From the human T2T-CHM13v2.0 reference genome, Homo sapiens, in assembly GCF_009914755.1 (NCBI RefSeq), contig NC_060929.1: a DNA stretch of 64,000 nt; one strand, written 5' to 3'. Of this stretch, positions 15,945 to 33,134 are shown one piece after another. Every line of letters begins with the position of its first letter. The first letter of the stretch is position 1. Position numbers and translations under genes: made by a program. The notes under the pieces are model-generated. The model had not been told where the DNA came from. It did not search any database and saw nothing but the letters and a program-made list of their open reading frames with translations.

Positions 15945-16255
15945 GTTTTTTTGTTTGTTTGTTTGTTTTGAGACACATTCTTACTCTGTTGCTAAGGCTG
16001 GAGTTCAGTAGCACAATCATGGCTCATCCACAGTCTCAACCTCCTGGGCTCAAGCAATCCTCCTGCCTCAGACTCCAAAGTAGCTGGGACTACAGGCACA
16101 CACCACCACGACCAGCTAATTTTTGTATTTATTTTAATAGACATAGGATTTTGCTGCATTGCCCAGGCTGGTCTGGAACTCCTGGGTTCAATCAGTCCTC
16201 CTGCCTCGGCTTCCCGAAGTGCTGGCATTACAGGCGTGAGCCACCGTGCCCGGCC
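15945..16255 (-). mobile_element. AluJ-like
   Basis: Reverse-complement Alu with TTTG tail, inside an old L1M-like fragment. Confidence 0.88.
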
Positions 16256-16416
16256 TAACAATTCCTTAATATCATCTGATAATCAGTCAGTGTTCATATT
16301 TACCTTATTGTCTCATAAATACCTTTTAACAGTTGGTTTGTTTGAATCAGGTTCAAACAAGGTCCACCATTACATTTTAATCTGTAACTGCCCCCCCACC
16401 CCTTTTTTATTGCTAT

Positions 16417-16485
16417 TTATTTGTCAAAGAAACTAAGCCATCTGTCTTAGTTCTTATTTGTCAAAGAAACTAAGCCATCTGTCTT
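16417..16485 (+). repeat. 32-bp direct duplication with 5-bp spacer
   Basis: ttatttgtcaaagaaactaagccatctgtctt at 16417-16448 and 16454-16485. Confidence 0.93.
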
Positions 16486-17992
16486 TTCTACATACTGGAT
16501 CTGGCTGACTGCGTCTTCAACTCATGGATCTTAACATGTATGAAATGTTTCAATTCATTTCCATCATTATTCTTTTGATGGTCAAATTGGTGATCAACAT
16601 GTCACATCTTTGGTCAGTGGGAGCCCTTTGAGATTGACTCCAGCGTCTTTTTGACCTAACCCTGATATTCTTTGAAGATGTTCAATGTTCATCTTGTGTA
16701 TTTCCTACCCCAGATCTGGAACTAGTCATTTCTTTAAGAAGCCCCAGTTCTCTTCATTGGAAAATGGTGTTTGTTTGAATCTGAGGGAGTAAAACATTCC
16801 AGTAATGCTGGTGTTTTCCACTTGACAGAGTTAGTGTGATTCTGTTATTTTCCTGTCCTCCTCTTCATTTCTCTTTAGCCTGTAGTGTTGTTTCAACTCT
16901 TGTGCTCTGTGTGGGAATGTGAGCAAAGTCCTGGGACTTCTGCTTTGTTAACTCTGAAAAAGCATGAGCCCCGAAGGGCAGAACTGTGAGTCAAAACCAT
17001 GTGTGTCATGGAATGCTGGTGTGGTATAAATCCCAGGATCAAATGCGACATTCAGAGATCCTCTAGTCACCCCTCTGCTTCCAGGACAGATCTCATCACA
17101 GTCAGAAAACGTGTTGCCTAACTCACTAATTTTTAAAAATCGCCACAGTTAAAGAGTCCGTATTTAAACTATTTAATAATTTGCTGTATTCGATAACAAA
17201 ACTACTCTAGAGCAATTTAGAAGAGCCTAAATTAAGTGAAACTTAGCAAATCGTATGAGAACTGAATTCAGGACCTCTGCTGCCTTTTTTGTGAAACCAT
17301 AGCTTAACCAAAAAAAAAAACAGAGATGAATGATAAGAGATTTGGGCACCTTCACAAGCACTTTCTCCTTGACCTGAGTTGTGCTAGGACTGGAGGAAAA
17401 GCGAGATACTTAAACTCAAATTTCAGCCTAAGGGTCTTGAGCTAGTTGGAATTGTCTAGTCACCTTGCATTGGTTTTGTCCTTTCTTTGATGCTGGTATA
17501 TACTACATTTTTTTCTTTTCTTTTTTTTTCCGACATTCTTTAATTTCACAAAAACCAGAATATCAAACCCATAGTATCAAGAAAAGGTAACACCTTAGGC
17601 AGCGATATTTAACCAAGGGATTATACATTCTTCCTGAGCTCTAGCCTATAAAAATTTCATGTTTCCACAAGTATAATGTTCCTGTCGGAAGTACCGTCTG
17701 CCTGAGGCCTACCCAGAGAAGATGTTTTTTAAAACAAGTACTTACTGCCTAAGTACTAAATACAGAGTAAAGTCTAGTGACAGTTTTATTTTCAGACTAA
17801 GTGATAGTATCTGAAGAGCTTAGTTGTATTTATTAGTTTTCACATTGTGTCAGTCTCTCAGGTGTCATCTTGATTCATGTATGTAAGTATGCATGTTCAT
17901 GTCCACTTTTTCCCCTCTGTGCATCACAAAAGCCCATAATCTGGCCAGGCTTCCAAAACTGCAGAGGAGAATTGCATTATTTTAAGGTTCCT

Positions 17993-18604
<612 letters not shown>

Positions 18605-19772
18605 CTAGATCAGCATTTTTGCATATGCATGTTTTTGTGATATTAAAGTGCCAGAACCACAAACAAAAAAAATTAAAAATAAAAAAAAATGTTTAAGTGC
18701 CAGAAGCCATTCATTCTTTTCTTTCAGCACCCACACACTCATTGTGATCTTGAGAACAGCCTCACATCCACAGGGTCTGTTGGTACCAAGGTCAGGCTTC
18801 TGTGTGACTGGGGCAAGGTGAACACAGAGTAAGTTACATGCATTGCAAAGGTAAGAGAGTGATACTTCCAGAAAAGATTGTGAATTCAAAATTTGATTTA
18901 TAGCTCTGAACCCTAGAGCTATATAATATACAACTTGTTCATTCCCTCATTGTACTAAAAAACTATAAACATTGCTAAGTAGGAGGGAAGATGAACCTAG
19001 ATTTCCTTTTAACTTAATTAAGTGAGCAAACAATTGGGTATAAAAGCACACTACATGGAAGTGGGAGAGGAAGGATAATAGTAATTTCTTAAACTGCTTA
19101 ATCGTTATGGTTTCCAAAGTGAATGTATGTCCTGTTTCACACGGGATGCTCCAGTTGCCAGATTTGTAGGCCAGACAGGAATTAGAATTCCATTTTAATG
19201 ATTCTGAGCTTAATTCAGAGAAGTTAAGTGATCCCTGAACAGAGTCAATATTAGAATACAAATATGTGCCTACCACATGCAGGGCACAGGGTACTGGAGG
19301 TTCAGAGATTAACAGGAACAGTTCTTACCCTTAAGGATCAATGTAGACACAAGTGTGTATTCACATTCATCACTGGAGACATTCATTCCTTCCCTGTGAC
19401 AGATCTCCTGCCAGGCCACCCCTTCATTGTCTGGAGACCCTCTCCCAACTTTGCTTAGGTAGCTTGACCTCAACCCTACACTACCAGGCTCTGCTCTGCT
19501 GTCTCTGAGTTGGTACTACTCTAGCTTTGCTCTTCATTTTGGAAATAGATGCCAACATATTGTATTTTATTTTCTATTTCTAGAATTTCCACTTGGTAGT
19601 TCTTTGCTGATATTTCCTATTTTCAGTTCATTTCTATAAAATATTTTTCTTTTTTTTTTTTTTTGCACATGGTTGTAATACATTCTTCAAAATCCTTATC
19701 TGCTAATTCCAACATCTGGGTCAACTTGAGGTTGGTTTCCGCTCACTGTCTTTTTACTTAAGACTGGGTCAC

Positions 19773-19938
19773 TTTTTTTTTTTTTTTTTTAGAGACAGAG
19801 TCTCACTCTGTTGCCCAGGCTGGAGTACAATGGTGTGATGATACCTCACTGTAGCCTCGATCTCCCAGGCTCAACTTGTCCTCCCACCTGGGCTTCCCAA
19901 AGTGTTGAGATTACAGGTGTGAGCCACCACACCTGGCA
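19773..19938 (-). mobile_element. Short or deleted Alu
   Basis: Poly-T plus about 150 bp of reverse Alu. Confidence 0.8.
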
Positions 19939-19949
19939 GCCCCCTTTTT

Positions 19950-21600
<1,651 letters not shown>

Positions 21601-21633
21601 TTTATCACTTTTGTGTATATTGGTTGGATCTGG

Positions 21634-21952
21634 TGATAACGATTTGGCTCTATGTCCCCACCCAAATCTCAACTTGTAGCTCCCATAATTCCCATGTGTT
21701 GTAGGAGGGACCCAGTAGGAGATGATTGAATCATGGAGACGGGTCTTTCCTGTGTTGTTGTCATGATAGTAAAATGGGTCTCTCAAGATCAGATGGTTTT
21801 AAAAACAGGAGTTTCCCTGCACAAGCTCTCTCTTTGCCCGCTGCCATCCAAGTAAGATGTGACTTGCTCCTCCTTACCTTCTGCTATGATTATGAGGCCT
21901 CCCCAGCCATGTGGAACTGTAAGTCCAATAAACCATTTTCTTGTATAAATTA
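21634..21952 (+). mobile_element. THE1 (MaLR) LTR, 3'-truncated
   Basis: 'ttggctctatgtccccacccaaatctc...gaggcctccccagccatgtggaactgtaagtccaataaacc'. Confidence 0.85.
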
Positions 21953-22339
21953 CAGGAAAAAAGACTCTGGATTTTGTTATATTCCTTCAAAGAGTGTTGG
22001 TGTTTTTGCTTTAGCAGCCAATTAATTTGGTTTTACTCAAGCAGCAGACTCTTTCTCTCTTGAGCAGAAGCTTAAATATCACTTCAGTTCTTTTATCTTT
22101 AGCAGAGGTGCTTCTCATCTTTCCTACAAATGCATAGTTCAAGGGTCAGCCAAACCCTAGGACAGAAGTTATACTGAAATTTAGGGCTCCCCCTCTCTGA
22201 CTTTTTCCTTTCCAGGATTCTCTCCTAACTTTCCAGTGACTGTGATTGCCCTGAACTCTGTCCTCTGGTTCTGTAGGCCAAAAAGACTACGGATTTTCTA
22301 TCTGGGTTTTAGTCACCTTTTATGTTATATAGGCACTGC

Positions 22340-22910
22340 TGTTATATAGGAAAAACCAAACTATTTTCCCCAAACTGTTTTCTCTTACCCAGCACTTCAC
22401 TCAATCCTTCTGACACCGTATGTCTGGAGCTTGTTTCTCCACATACCAAGCAACCAATTCTCCTGCAGATTCTCCAGTGGACACCAGCTGGGTATCCTTG
22501 AATATAATTCAATTCTGGACACTATCTACCTCTAATATAACTCAATTCTGACACTATCTATCTACCTGGAGATAGAGTCAGATTCCACAGATTAAGGGCT
22601 CAGTTTCACAACGCTGCCTTCCACTTCAAATGGCAGTCATAAGTCTGGGCCTCCAGACTTCTGACCACACTATACATTGGGAGTTCCTAAGGCCCCCTGC
22701 TCAGATTCGATTAATTTGCTAGCATGATTCACAGAACTCAGGGAACCACTTTACTTACTTTTATCCATTCGTTATAAAGAAAATTACAGAGGATACAGAT
22801 GAACAGCCACATGGTAGAGATGCATAGGGCAGCGATTGTGGGAAGGAGCACAGAGTTTCCATGCCCTCTCTTGGGCACTACCTTCCAGGAACCTCCATGT
22901 GTTCACCTAT
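22340..22910 (-). mobile_element. MER21-like LTR with a local duplication of about 33 bp (about 22501-22565)
   Basis: 'caattctgacactatcta...cctggagatagagtcagattccacagattaagggctcag' is characteristic of MER21. Confidence 0.65.
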
Positions 22911-23210
22911 TTTTGGTTGATACTCCAAAAACCTTGGTTGGTCTGGCATGAGTGGCCAAGAACATCGGCTGCTCTGCTGACCTGCTCAGGAAAGAAGTAG
23001 AAGAATGACTGAGATGATGGGTACCTTGTGACTATGTTAGGAGATAACCCCAGGGATTGTGGTTTGGACCCAGATATAGTGAGAGATTTCTACATTCTCC
23101 TGTGTAAGCAAACTAAAGACTGTAGAGGAAAACTACTGTCATGGACATTGGCCGTAGAATTGGGAGTCCTGAATCCCATTATTAATTTGCCTCTAACTCC
23201 AAAACCTTTA

Positions 23211-23714
<504 letters not shown>

Positions 23715-24200
23715 TAAATCCCCTCAACTTTCTATGTGGATTTTTCCATTGAAAAGGGACAGGTTTCATGGGATGACTGCAGACTAAATGGAGAAAGTGT
23801 GCACATGAAGGTATGCGGAGGAAAGAGAAGTCATGGAAGCTGGGAGTGATTTGTTTATATAGACAGTGGCTAGCGTGGAAATCACTGATTGATCCCTTTA
23901 TGTCAAGTACTCAGCCTTTCCTAATGTCTTCAGGGTAGATCTCTGAAAACCTATCATTCACCTTTGTCCCTTTGAGGGGCAGAGTTTAGGAAGTATTGCT
24001 TATATCAAGACAAATGTTTCACAGTATTTTGAGTTGGCTTATTCTCTAATAAAGTCTATTTGTGCATTATCTGCTCTTTACCACCCACTCTCCTAGTAAG
24101 AAAACATAAACAAAAGTAAAATATGCTCTCTGCTTGTCGCTTTTGCCTTGTTGATGCGTTCACTTTTTACATTTAAAATTTTTTTAATTTTATTTTTCAG

Positions 24201-25390
24201 AATCAAAAGCAACAAATGCCACCTTAGATCCCCGGTCATTTCTTCTCAGGAACCCCAATGATAAATATGAACCATTTTGGGAGGATGAGGAGAAAAATGA
24301 AAGTGGGTTAACTGAATACAGATTAGTCTCCATCAATAAAAGCAGTCCTCTTCAAAAACAACTTCCTGCATTCATCTCAGAAGATGCCTCCGGATATTTG
24401 ACCAGCTCCTGGCTGACACTCTTTGTCCCATCTGTGTACACCGGAGTGTTTGTAGTCAGCCTCCCACTAAACATCATGGCCATCGTTGTGTTCATCCTGA
24501 AAATGAAGGTCAAGAAGCCGGCGGTGGTGTACATGCTGCACCTGGCCACGGCAGATGTGCTGTTTGTGTCTGTGCTCCCCTTTAAGATCAGCTATTACTT
24601 TTCCGGCAGTGATTGGCAGTTTGGGTCTGAATTGTGTCGCTTCGTCACTGCAGCATTTTACTGTAACATGTACGCCTCTATCTTGCTCATGACAGTCATA
24701 AGCATTGACCGGTTTCTGGCTGTGGTGTATCCCATGCAGTCCCTCTCCTGGCGTACTCTGGGAAGGGCTTCCTTCACTTGTCTGGCCATCTGGGCTTTGG
24801 CCATCGCAGGGGTAGTGCCTCTGCTCCTCAAGGAGCAAACCATCCAGGTGCCCGGGCTCAACATCACTACCTGTCATGATGTGCTCAATGAAACCCTGCT
24901 CGAAGGCTACTATGCCTACTACTTCTCAGCCTTCTCTGCTGTCTTCTTTTTTGTGCCGCTGATCATTTCCACGGTCTGTTATGTGTCTATCATTCGATGT
25001 CTTAGCTCTTCCGCAGTTGCCAACCGCAGCAAGAAGTCCCGGGCTTTGTTCCTGTCAGCTGCTGTTTTCTGCATCTTCATCATTTGCTTCGGACCCACAA
25101 ACGTCCTCCTGATTGCGCATTACTCATTCCTTTCTCACACTTCCACCACAGAGGCTGCCTACTTTGCCTACCTCCTCTGTGTCTGTGTCAGCAGCATAAG
25201 CTGCTGCATCGACCCCCTAATTTACTATTACGCTTCCTCTGAGTGCCAGAGGTACGTCTACAGTATCTTATGCTGCAAAGAAAGTTCCGATCCCAGCAGT
25301 TATAACAGCAGTGGGCAGTTGATGGCAAGTAAAATGGATACCTGCTCTAGTAACCTGAATAACAGCATATACAAAAAGCTGTTAACTTAG
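24201..25390 (+). CDS. F2R: F2R coding exon 2: proteinase-activated receptor 1 (class A 7TM GPCR)
   Basis: LDPR/SFLLRN thrombin site and tethered ligand (24236-24253), hirudin-like DKYEPFWEDEE, seven hydrophobic helices, DRF and DPLIY motifs, C-terminal YKKL. 88+1190 = 1278 nt = 425 aa plus TAG. Confidence 0.99.
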
Positions 25391-27078
25391 GAAAAGGGAC
25401 TGCTGGGAGGTTAAAAAGAAAAGTTTATAAAAGTGAATAACCTGAGGATTCTATTAGTCCCCACCCAAACTTTATTGATTCACCTCCTAAAACAACAGAT
25501 GTACGACTTGCATACCTGCTTTTTATGGGAGCTGTCAAGCATGTATTTTTGTCAATTACCAGAAAGATAACAGGACGAGATGACGGTGTTATTCCAAGGG
25601 AATATTGCCAATGCTACAGTAATAAATGAATGTCACTTCTGGATATAGCTAGGTGACATATACATACTTACATGTGTGTATATGTAGATGTATGCACACA
25701 CATATATTATTTGCAGTGCAGTATAGAATAGGCACTTTAAAACACTCTTTCCCCGCACCCCAGCAATTATGAAAATAATCTCTGATTCCCTGATTTAATA
25801 TGCAAAGTCTAGGTTGGTAGAGTTTAGCCCTGAACATTTCATGGTGTTCATCAACAGTGAGAGACTCCATAGTTTGGGCTTGTACCACTTTTGCAAATAA
25901 GTGTATTTTGAAATTGTTTGACGGCAAGGTTTAAGTTATTAAGAGGTAAGACTTAGTACTATCTGTGCGTAGAAGTTCTAGTGTTTTCAATTTTAAACAT
26001 ATCCAAGTTTGAATTCCTAAAATTATGGAAACAGATGAAAAGCCTCTGTTTTGATATGGGTAGTATTTTTTACATTTTACACACTGTACACATAAGCCAA
26101 AACTGAGCATAAGTCCTCTAGTGAATGTAGGCTGGCTTTCAGAGTAGGCTATTCCTGAGAGCTGCATGTGTCCGCCCCCGATGGAGGACTCCAGGCAGCA
26201 GACACATGCCAGGGCCATGTCAGACACAGATTGGCCAGAAACCTTCCTGCTGAGCCTCACAGCAGTGAGACTGGGGCCACTACATTTGCTCCATCCTCCT
26301 GGGATTGGCTGTGAACTGATCATGTTTATGAGAAACTGGCAAAGCAGAATGTGATATCCTAGGAGGTAATGACCATGAAAGACTTCTCTACCCATCTTAA
26401 AAACAACGAAAGAAGGCATGGACTTCTGGATGCCCATCCACTGGGTGTAAACACATCTAGTAGTTGTTCTGAAATGTCAGTTCTGATATGGAAGCACCCA
26501 TTATGCGCTGTGGCCACTCCAATAGGTGCTGAGTGTACAGAGTGGAATAAGACAGAGACCTGCCCTCAAGAGCAAAGTAGATCATGCATAGAGTGTGATG
26601 TATGTGTAATAAATATGTTTCACACAAACAAGGCCTGTCAGCTAAAGAAGTTTGAACATTTGGGTTACTATTTCTTGTGGTTATAACTTAATGAAAACAA
26701 TGCAGTACAGGACATATATTTTTTAAAATAAGTCTGATTTAATTGGGCACTATTTATTTACAAATGTTTTGCTCAATAGATTGCTCAAATCAGGTTTTCT
26801 TTTAAGAATCAATCATGTCAGTCTGCTTAGAAATAACAGAAGAAAATAGAATTGACATTGAAATCTAGGAAAATTATTCTATAATTTCCATTTACTTAAG
26901 ACTTAATGAGACTTTAAAAGCATTTTTTAACCTCCTAAGTATCAAGTATAGAAAATCTTCATGGAATTCACAAAGTAATTTGGAAATTAGGTTGAAACAT
27001 ATCTCTTATCTTACGAAAAAATGGTAGCATTTTAAACAAAATAGAAAGTTGCAAGGCAAATGTTTATTTAAAAGAGCA

Positions 27079-27395
27079 GGCCAGGCGCGGTGGCTCACGC
27101 CTGTAATCCCAGCACTTTGGGAGGCTGAGGCGGGTGGATCACGAGGTCAGGAGATCGAGACCATCCTGGCTAACACGGTGAAACCCGTCTCTACTAAAAA
27201 TGCAAAAAAAATTAGCCGGGCGTGGTGGCAGGCACCTGTAGTCCCAGCTACTCGGGAGGCTGAGGCAGGAGACTGGCGTGAACCCAGGAGGCGGACCTTG
27301 TAGTGAGCCGAGATCGCGCCACTGTGCTCCAGCCTGGGCAACAGAGCAAGACTCCATCTCAAAAAATAAAAATAAATAAAAAATAAAAAAATAAA
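27079..27395 (+). mobile_element. AluY in the F2R 3' UTR
   Basis: Full-length CpG-rich AluY; TSD TAAAAGAGCA at 27069-27078 and 27392-27401. Confidence 0.93.
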
Positions 27396-27632
27396 AGAGC
27401 AAACTATTTCCAAATACCATAGAATAACTTACATAAAAGTAATATAACTGTATTGTAAGTAGAAGCTAGCACTGGTTTTATTAATTTAGTGACTATTCAT
27501 TTTATCTAAATCAGTGAAGATTTACTGTCATTGTTTATTAGTCTGTATATATTAAAATATGATATCATTAATGTACTTACAAAATAGTATGTCACTGTTT
27601 TTATGTTCATTCTTAAAAACATAACCTGTATT

Positions 27633-27638
27633 AATAAA
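27633..27638 (+). terminator. F2R: Distal F2R polyadenylation signal
   Basis: AATAAA with upstream TGTA (27627-27630) and downstream T/GT-rich sequence. Confidence 0.8.
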
Positions 27639-28523
27639 TGTGAACATTTGCTTGGTATCTCTTTGGAACAAATTAGTATTATATCTTTCTGGTCCTGGCA
27701 CACTTTAAGGGTTTAACTGAAGAGCATTTAATGAAGAGGTGATTTACAAAGGTGTAGACAGGGTTAAGGGAACCAACGGGGACTGGTGAAGCACCCCCCA
27801 GAGACTAGCAATCAGGGGAAGCCATTACTGCCAAGGCCCAGGTACAGGAGGGAACACACTGACGCCTCTCCCTCACCCTCTGATCTCTTGGGAGGCCTCC
27901 CCTTGATCCTAATCTTAACCCAATACCCAGAGTGAAGTAGTCCATAAAGATCAGCTTCCTTTGCCGTGGAGAAGGGATCTGGAAGAACAAATGCAAGGAA
28001 AAAATAAAACAAACAGCACCATTTCTGCCAAAGACATTGAGTGATTAGCTCTCTCTCTCTCTCTCAATCCCTTCTTAAGAAAATTTAAGCTTATTGAGAA
28101 TATATTCAAATTTCTGAGTTATAGACATCATGGGTAGTGTCTGCAGTTCTTCCCTAGTGAGAGAGAAATTAAATGTCAGAGCAGAAAGGAAATCCGTAAA
28201 ATGGCTGTGCTGTCTTCTCTGGCTGAATGACAGTCCTTTGCTGTCTAGCACTCCCTCAGGCAGAAGGGAGGAGGGGAAATTTAAAGCAAAATGACTAGTA
28301 CTTCTCAAGGTTGAAAATAAAAAAATTTTTGATAAATTATTTCTAGAGTCATAGTCAATGAAAAAATTATTTCAACTAAACAAGGATTTTGTTAACATAC
28401 AGAATTTTTATAAGTTAACACACAAGCTTTTTAAGTTTCTAAGGCCTGGACTTTTCACGTGTGTTTCAAGGAATAGATTGAGTTCAAAAAACCTTAAATT
28501 TTGCTAACACAAAAATTTTTTTT

Positions 28524-28897
<374 letters not shown>

Positions 28898-29274
28898 TTA
28901 GGTTATACTTCTGAATTTAAGAAATTTTAAAAACTGTTTGCCGTTGGCATGTCTTTGAGGAAGTTGAGCTACAGAAGCAAGTGGAAAAGGTTAAGCAGCA
29001 TTGATGACCAAGCTATTTAAGTTTCTGGGGCCTGGACCATCCATTAGCAGCTTATCTTCAGCCAGGTGCTGTCGTGAAAATTAAGGGGAAAAACAGTTCA
29101 CCAATGGTAATTTCCTGGCATAATTAGCCTGTTATGTGGCTATGCCTTTTGAAACTACTAGACCAAATGTGTGTGAAGAGTAATTGACCACAGGATAAAC
29201 CTAATTGTGTTTTGTGAAGGAGGTGTGGTTAAGTGAGCTGCAATGTGAGAAGAGAGGAGAAATTCTCTAATGCA

Positions 29275-30272
<998 letters not shown>

Positions 30273-30452
30273 CCTTATCCAAGATGTCCCAACTTTATTG
30301 ACTTGAAGAAAACAGATAAACTGGTAATTATTATAAAAGCATAAAAGCAAACAGGGGTAAAGAGTTGGCTTAGAGCTGCAGGCACCACTCTGGGTTTCTG
30401 GCTGTTTCAGAGCTGAGGGGTTCCAAGTCTTGGAGCAAGAAACTGATTCAAC

Positions 30453-30748
<296 letters not shown>

Positions 30749-31146
30749 AGATACTGATTCACGTCATCAGGTATGGTGTGGTCCACAGAACAGGAAGCTC
30801 TGTGTGAGGTCTGATTTTCAGCCAGCTGCTGTGTAAAGGAAAGAGAGAGGTGCTTGCTGAGCAAAGTTTCAGACCAGAAGACCAAGAGACAATTCAGAAC
30901 AGCAGCAGATTCTACCCATGGTGGCATTCCTGTAAAGTGAAACTCAAGCGCCAAGTTTGTTGTCATGGGGACTGTTGATTGCATGCTAGTCTTATGGAAA
31001 CACACGGAAAACCAGAGGTCAAATTCAGTAGCATCTCAGAATTCAGATAACACAGCATGTACGGTTTCAACCCAGCAGGCTGTGTGTTTATCACTTCAGG
31101 AAATGACTCATAAGCAGTAAGGAGATGAACTTTGAAAGCTGCATCT

Positions 31147-31447
31147 GGCCAGGGCACGGTGGCTCACCGCTGTAATCCCAGCACTTTAGTGAGGCCGAGG
31201 CGGGTGGATCACCTGAGGTCGGGAGTTTGAGACCAGCCTGGCCAACATGTGAAACCCTGTCTCTACTAAAAATACAAAAATTAGCCAGATGTGGTGGCAC
31301 ACACCTGTAATCCCAGCTACTCAGGAGGCTGAGGCAGGAGAATTGCTTGAACCCAGGAGGCAGAGGTTGCAGTGAGCCGAGATTGTGCCATCCAGCCTGG
31401 ATGACAAGAGCGAAACTCCATCTCAAAAAAAAAAAAAAGAAAAGAAA
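31147..31447 (+). mobile_element. AluS
   Basis: TSD GAAAGCTGCATCT. Confidence 0.9.
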
Positions 31448-31867
31448 GCTGCATCTATAGTAGCCTGCATGGTGGCAGGGCCAGTCTGGCTGTTTTGCCT
31501 ATCTTAATGACTACATCTGCAGGTCATTTTGGTGTGCTGCTATGCGACCCATCCAAGGAAGTGAAAACACCACGAAGGGTGGGCTGTCCAATACTGAGAT
31601 GCATTCGTGAGCAAAACCATAATCATTTGATATCTATTTTTGTTGTTTTGTTTCCTATCCTGGGATATCTAGTTGCTCTTGAAACTAGCTGACACATATT
31701 TTAAAAAAAACAAGACAAATAATATATTCCCATCCTCCAGAAGCTAACTGGCTTTGGGATTTAATCCTAATACTTAATGTTTAGTTAGGAAGCACAAAAT
31801 TTGAAGACCTCAGATTTAGAATTTTATCAGCTCTGCCTTGTAACAAGTTTTAGAAACTAAATCAGTT

Positions 31868-32192
<325 letters not shown>

Positions 32193-32339
32193 CTAAATCA
32201 GTTCTCAACTCTGGTTGCGCATAGAATCACTGGAGAGCTTCTAAACAATTCCAGTGCCAATCTCTGGGGGCGAGGCCTGGACATTGATATTGTTTTCAAG
32301 CTCCTCAGAAGATTCTGATGTGTAAACCAGGGTTGATAC

Positions 32340-33105
32340 TAAGAAAAGAAAAATCCCTCAGCAGTCTGAGCTATGTGAGGTGTGCAAAATTTATTAGGCC
32401 CAGAGAGACGGGAGTAGAGGACTTCAGTCACACCCCCGGCACATACCCTCCCCCTACCCACCACCCCCCATGCCTGTGGGCAATTATTTAAAGTCATTTT
32501 GTTCCTGGTGGTGTGGTAGCTCATGCCTGTCATCCCAACACTTTGGGAGGCCGAGGCGAGAGGATCCCTTGAGGTCAGGAGTTTGAGACCAGACTGGTCA
32601 ACATGGTGGAACCCCTACACTCCTAAAAATACAAAAATTAGCCAGGCATGGCAGCATGCTCATGAAATCCCAGCTACTCGGGGGGCTGAGGCAGGAGAAT
32701 TGTTTGAACCCAGGAGGCCAGAAGGTAGAGGTTGCAGTGAGTCAAGATGGCGCCACTCCAGCCTGGGCAACGGAGAGAGACTCCATCTCAAAAAAAAAAA
32801 AGGCATTTTGTTCCTGACTAGCTACATTCCCTGTTATCTTCATGTTCCTGGAATCTGTGATACAAAGAATAATGTGTATCCAATCAACAGCTTATGTTAT
32901 TTTAATGTAAATTTTGATAAACAACTTAGGAACTGCCTCTTTTCCTTTATAAACATTCACATGCAACTGCTGCTAATCAGATTGTATATTCAGGACAACT
33001 TGAATATACACTTCAATATACACTGGGTTGCAGTCCTCAAGCTTGGCCCAAATAAACTCTCTACTTATATTAATTTTGACTCAGCTTCTTCCTTTTAGAT
33101 CAACA
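32340..33105 (+). mobile_element. ERV solo LTR (subfamily uncertain) containing an Alu (about 32507-32801), inserted in a MER5-like MITE end
   Basis: Ends 'ggcccaaataaactctctact...tagatcaaca'; 4-bp TSD ATAC at 32336-32339 and 33106-33109; Alu TSD AA(A)G(T/G)CATTTTGTTCCTG. Confidence 0.7.
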
Positions 33106-33134
33106 ATACCACTGTTTTTGAAAAGTGCTTCTTA

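Larger units (their letters stand above)
25391..27657 (+). other. F2R: F2R 3' UTR (about 2.27 kb)
   Basis: AU-rich region from the stop to about 20 nt after the distal AATAAA; overlapping ATTTA at about 26752-26760. End inferred. Confidence 0.8.

Noticed and set aside
24398-25390. 330-aa ORF as a standalone gene
   Set aside because: It starts at an internal TTG. The frame continues upstream to the acceptor at 24201 and joins exon 1.
25931-26437. 168-aa antisense ORF in the 3' UTR
   Set aside because: No recognisable domain or expression signal; chance ORF.
32523-33098. 191-aa ORF
   Set aside because: Alu plus LTR read-through, like the many other Alu-derived ORFs ([16 protein letters not shown] motifs).
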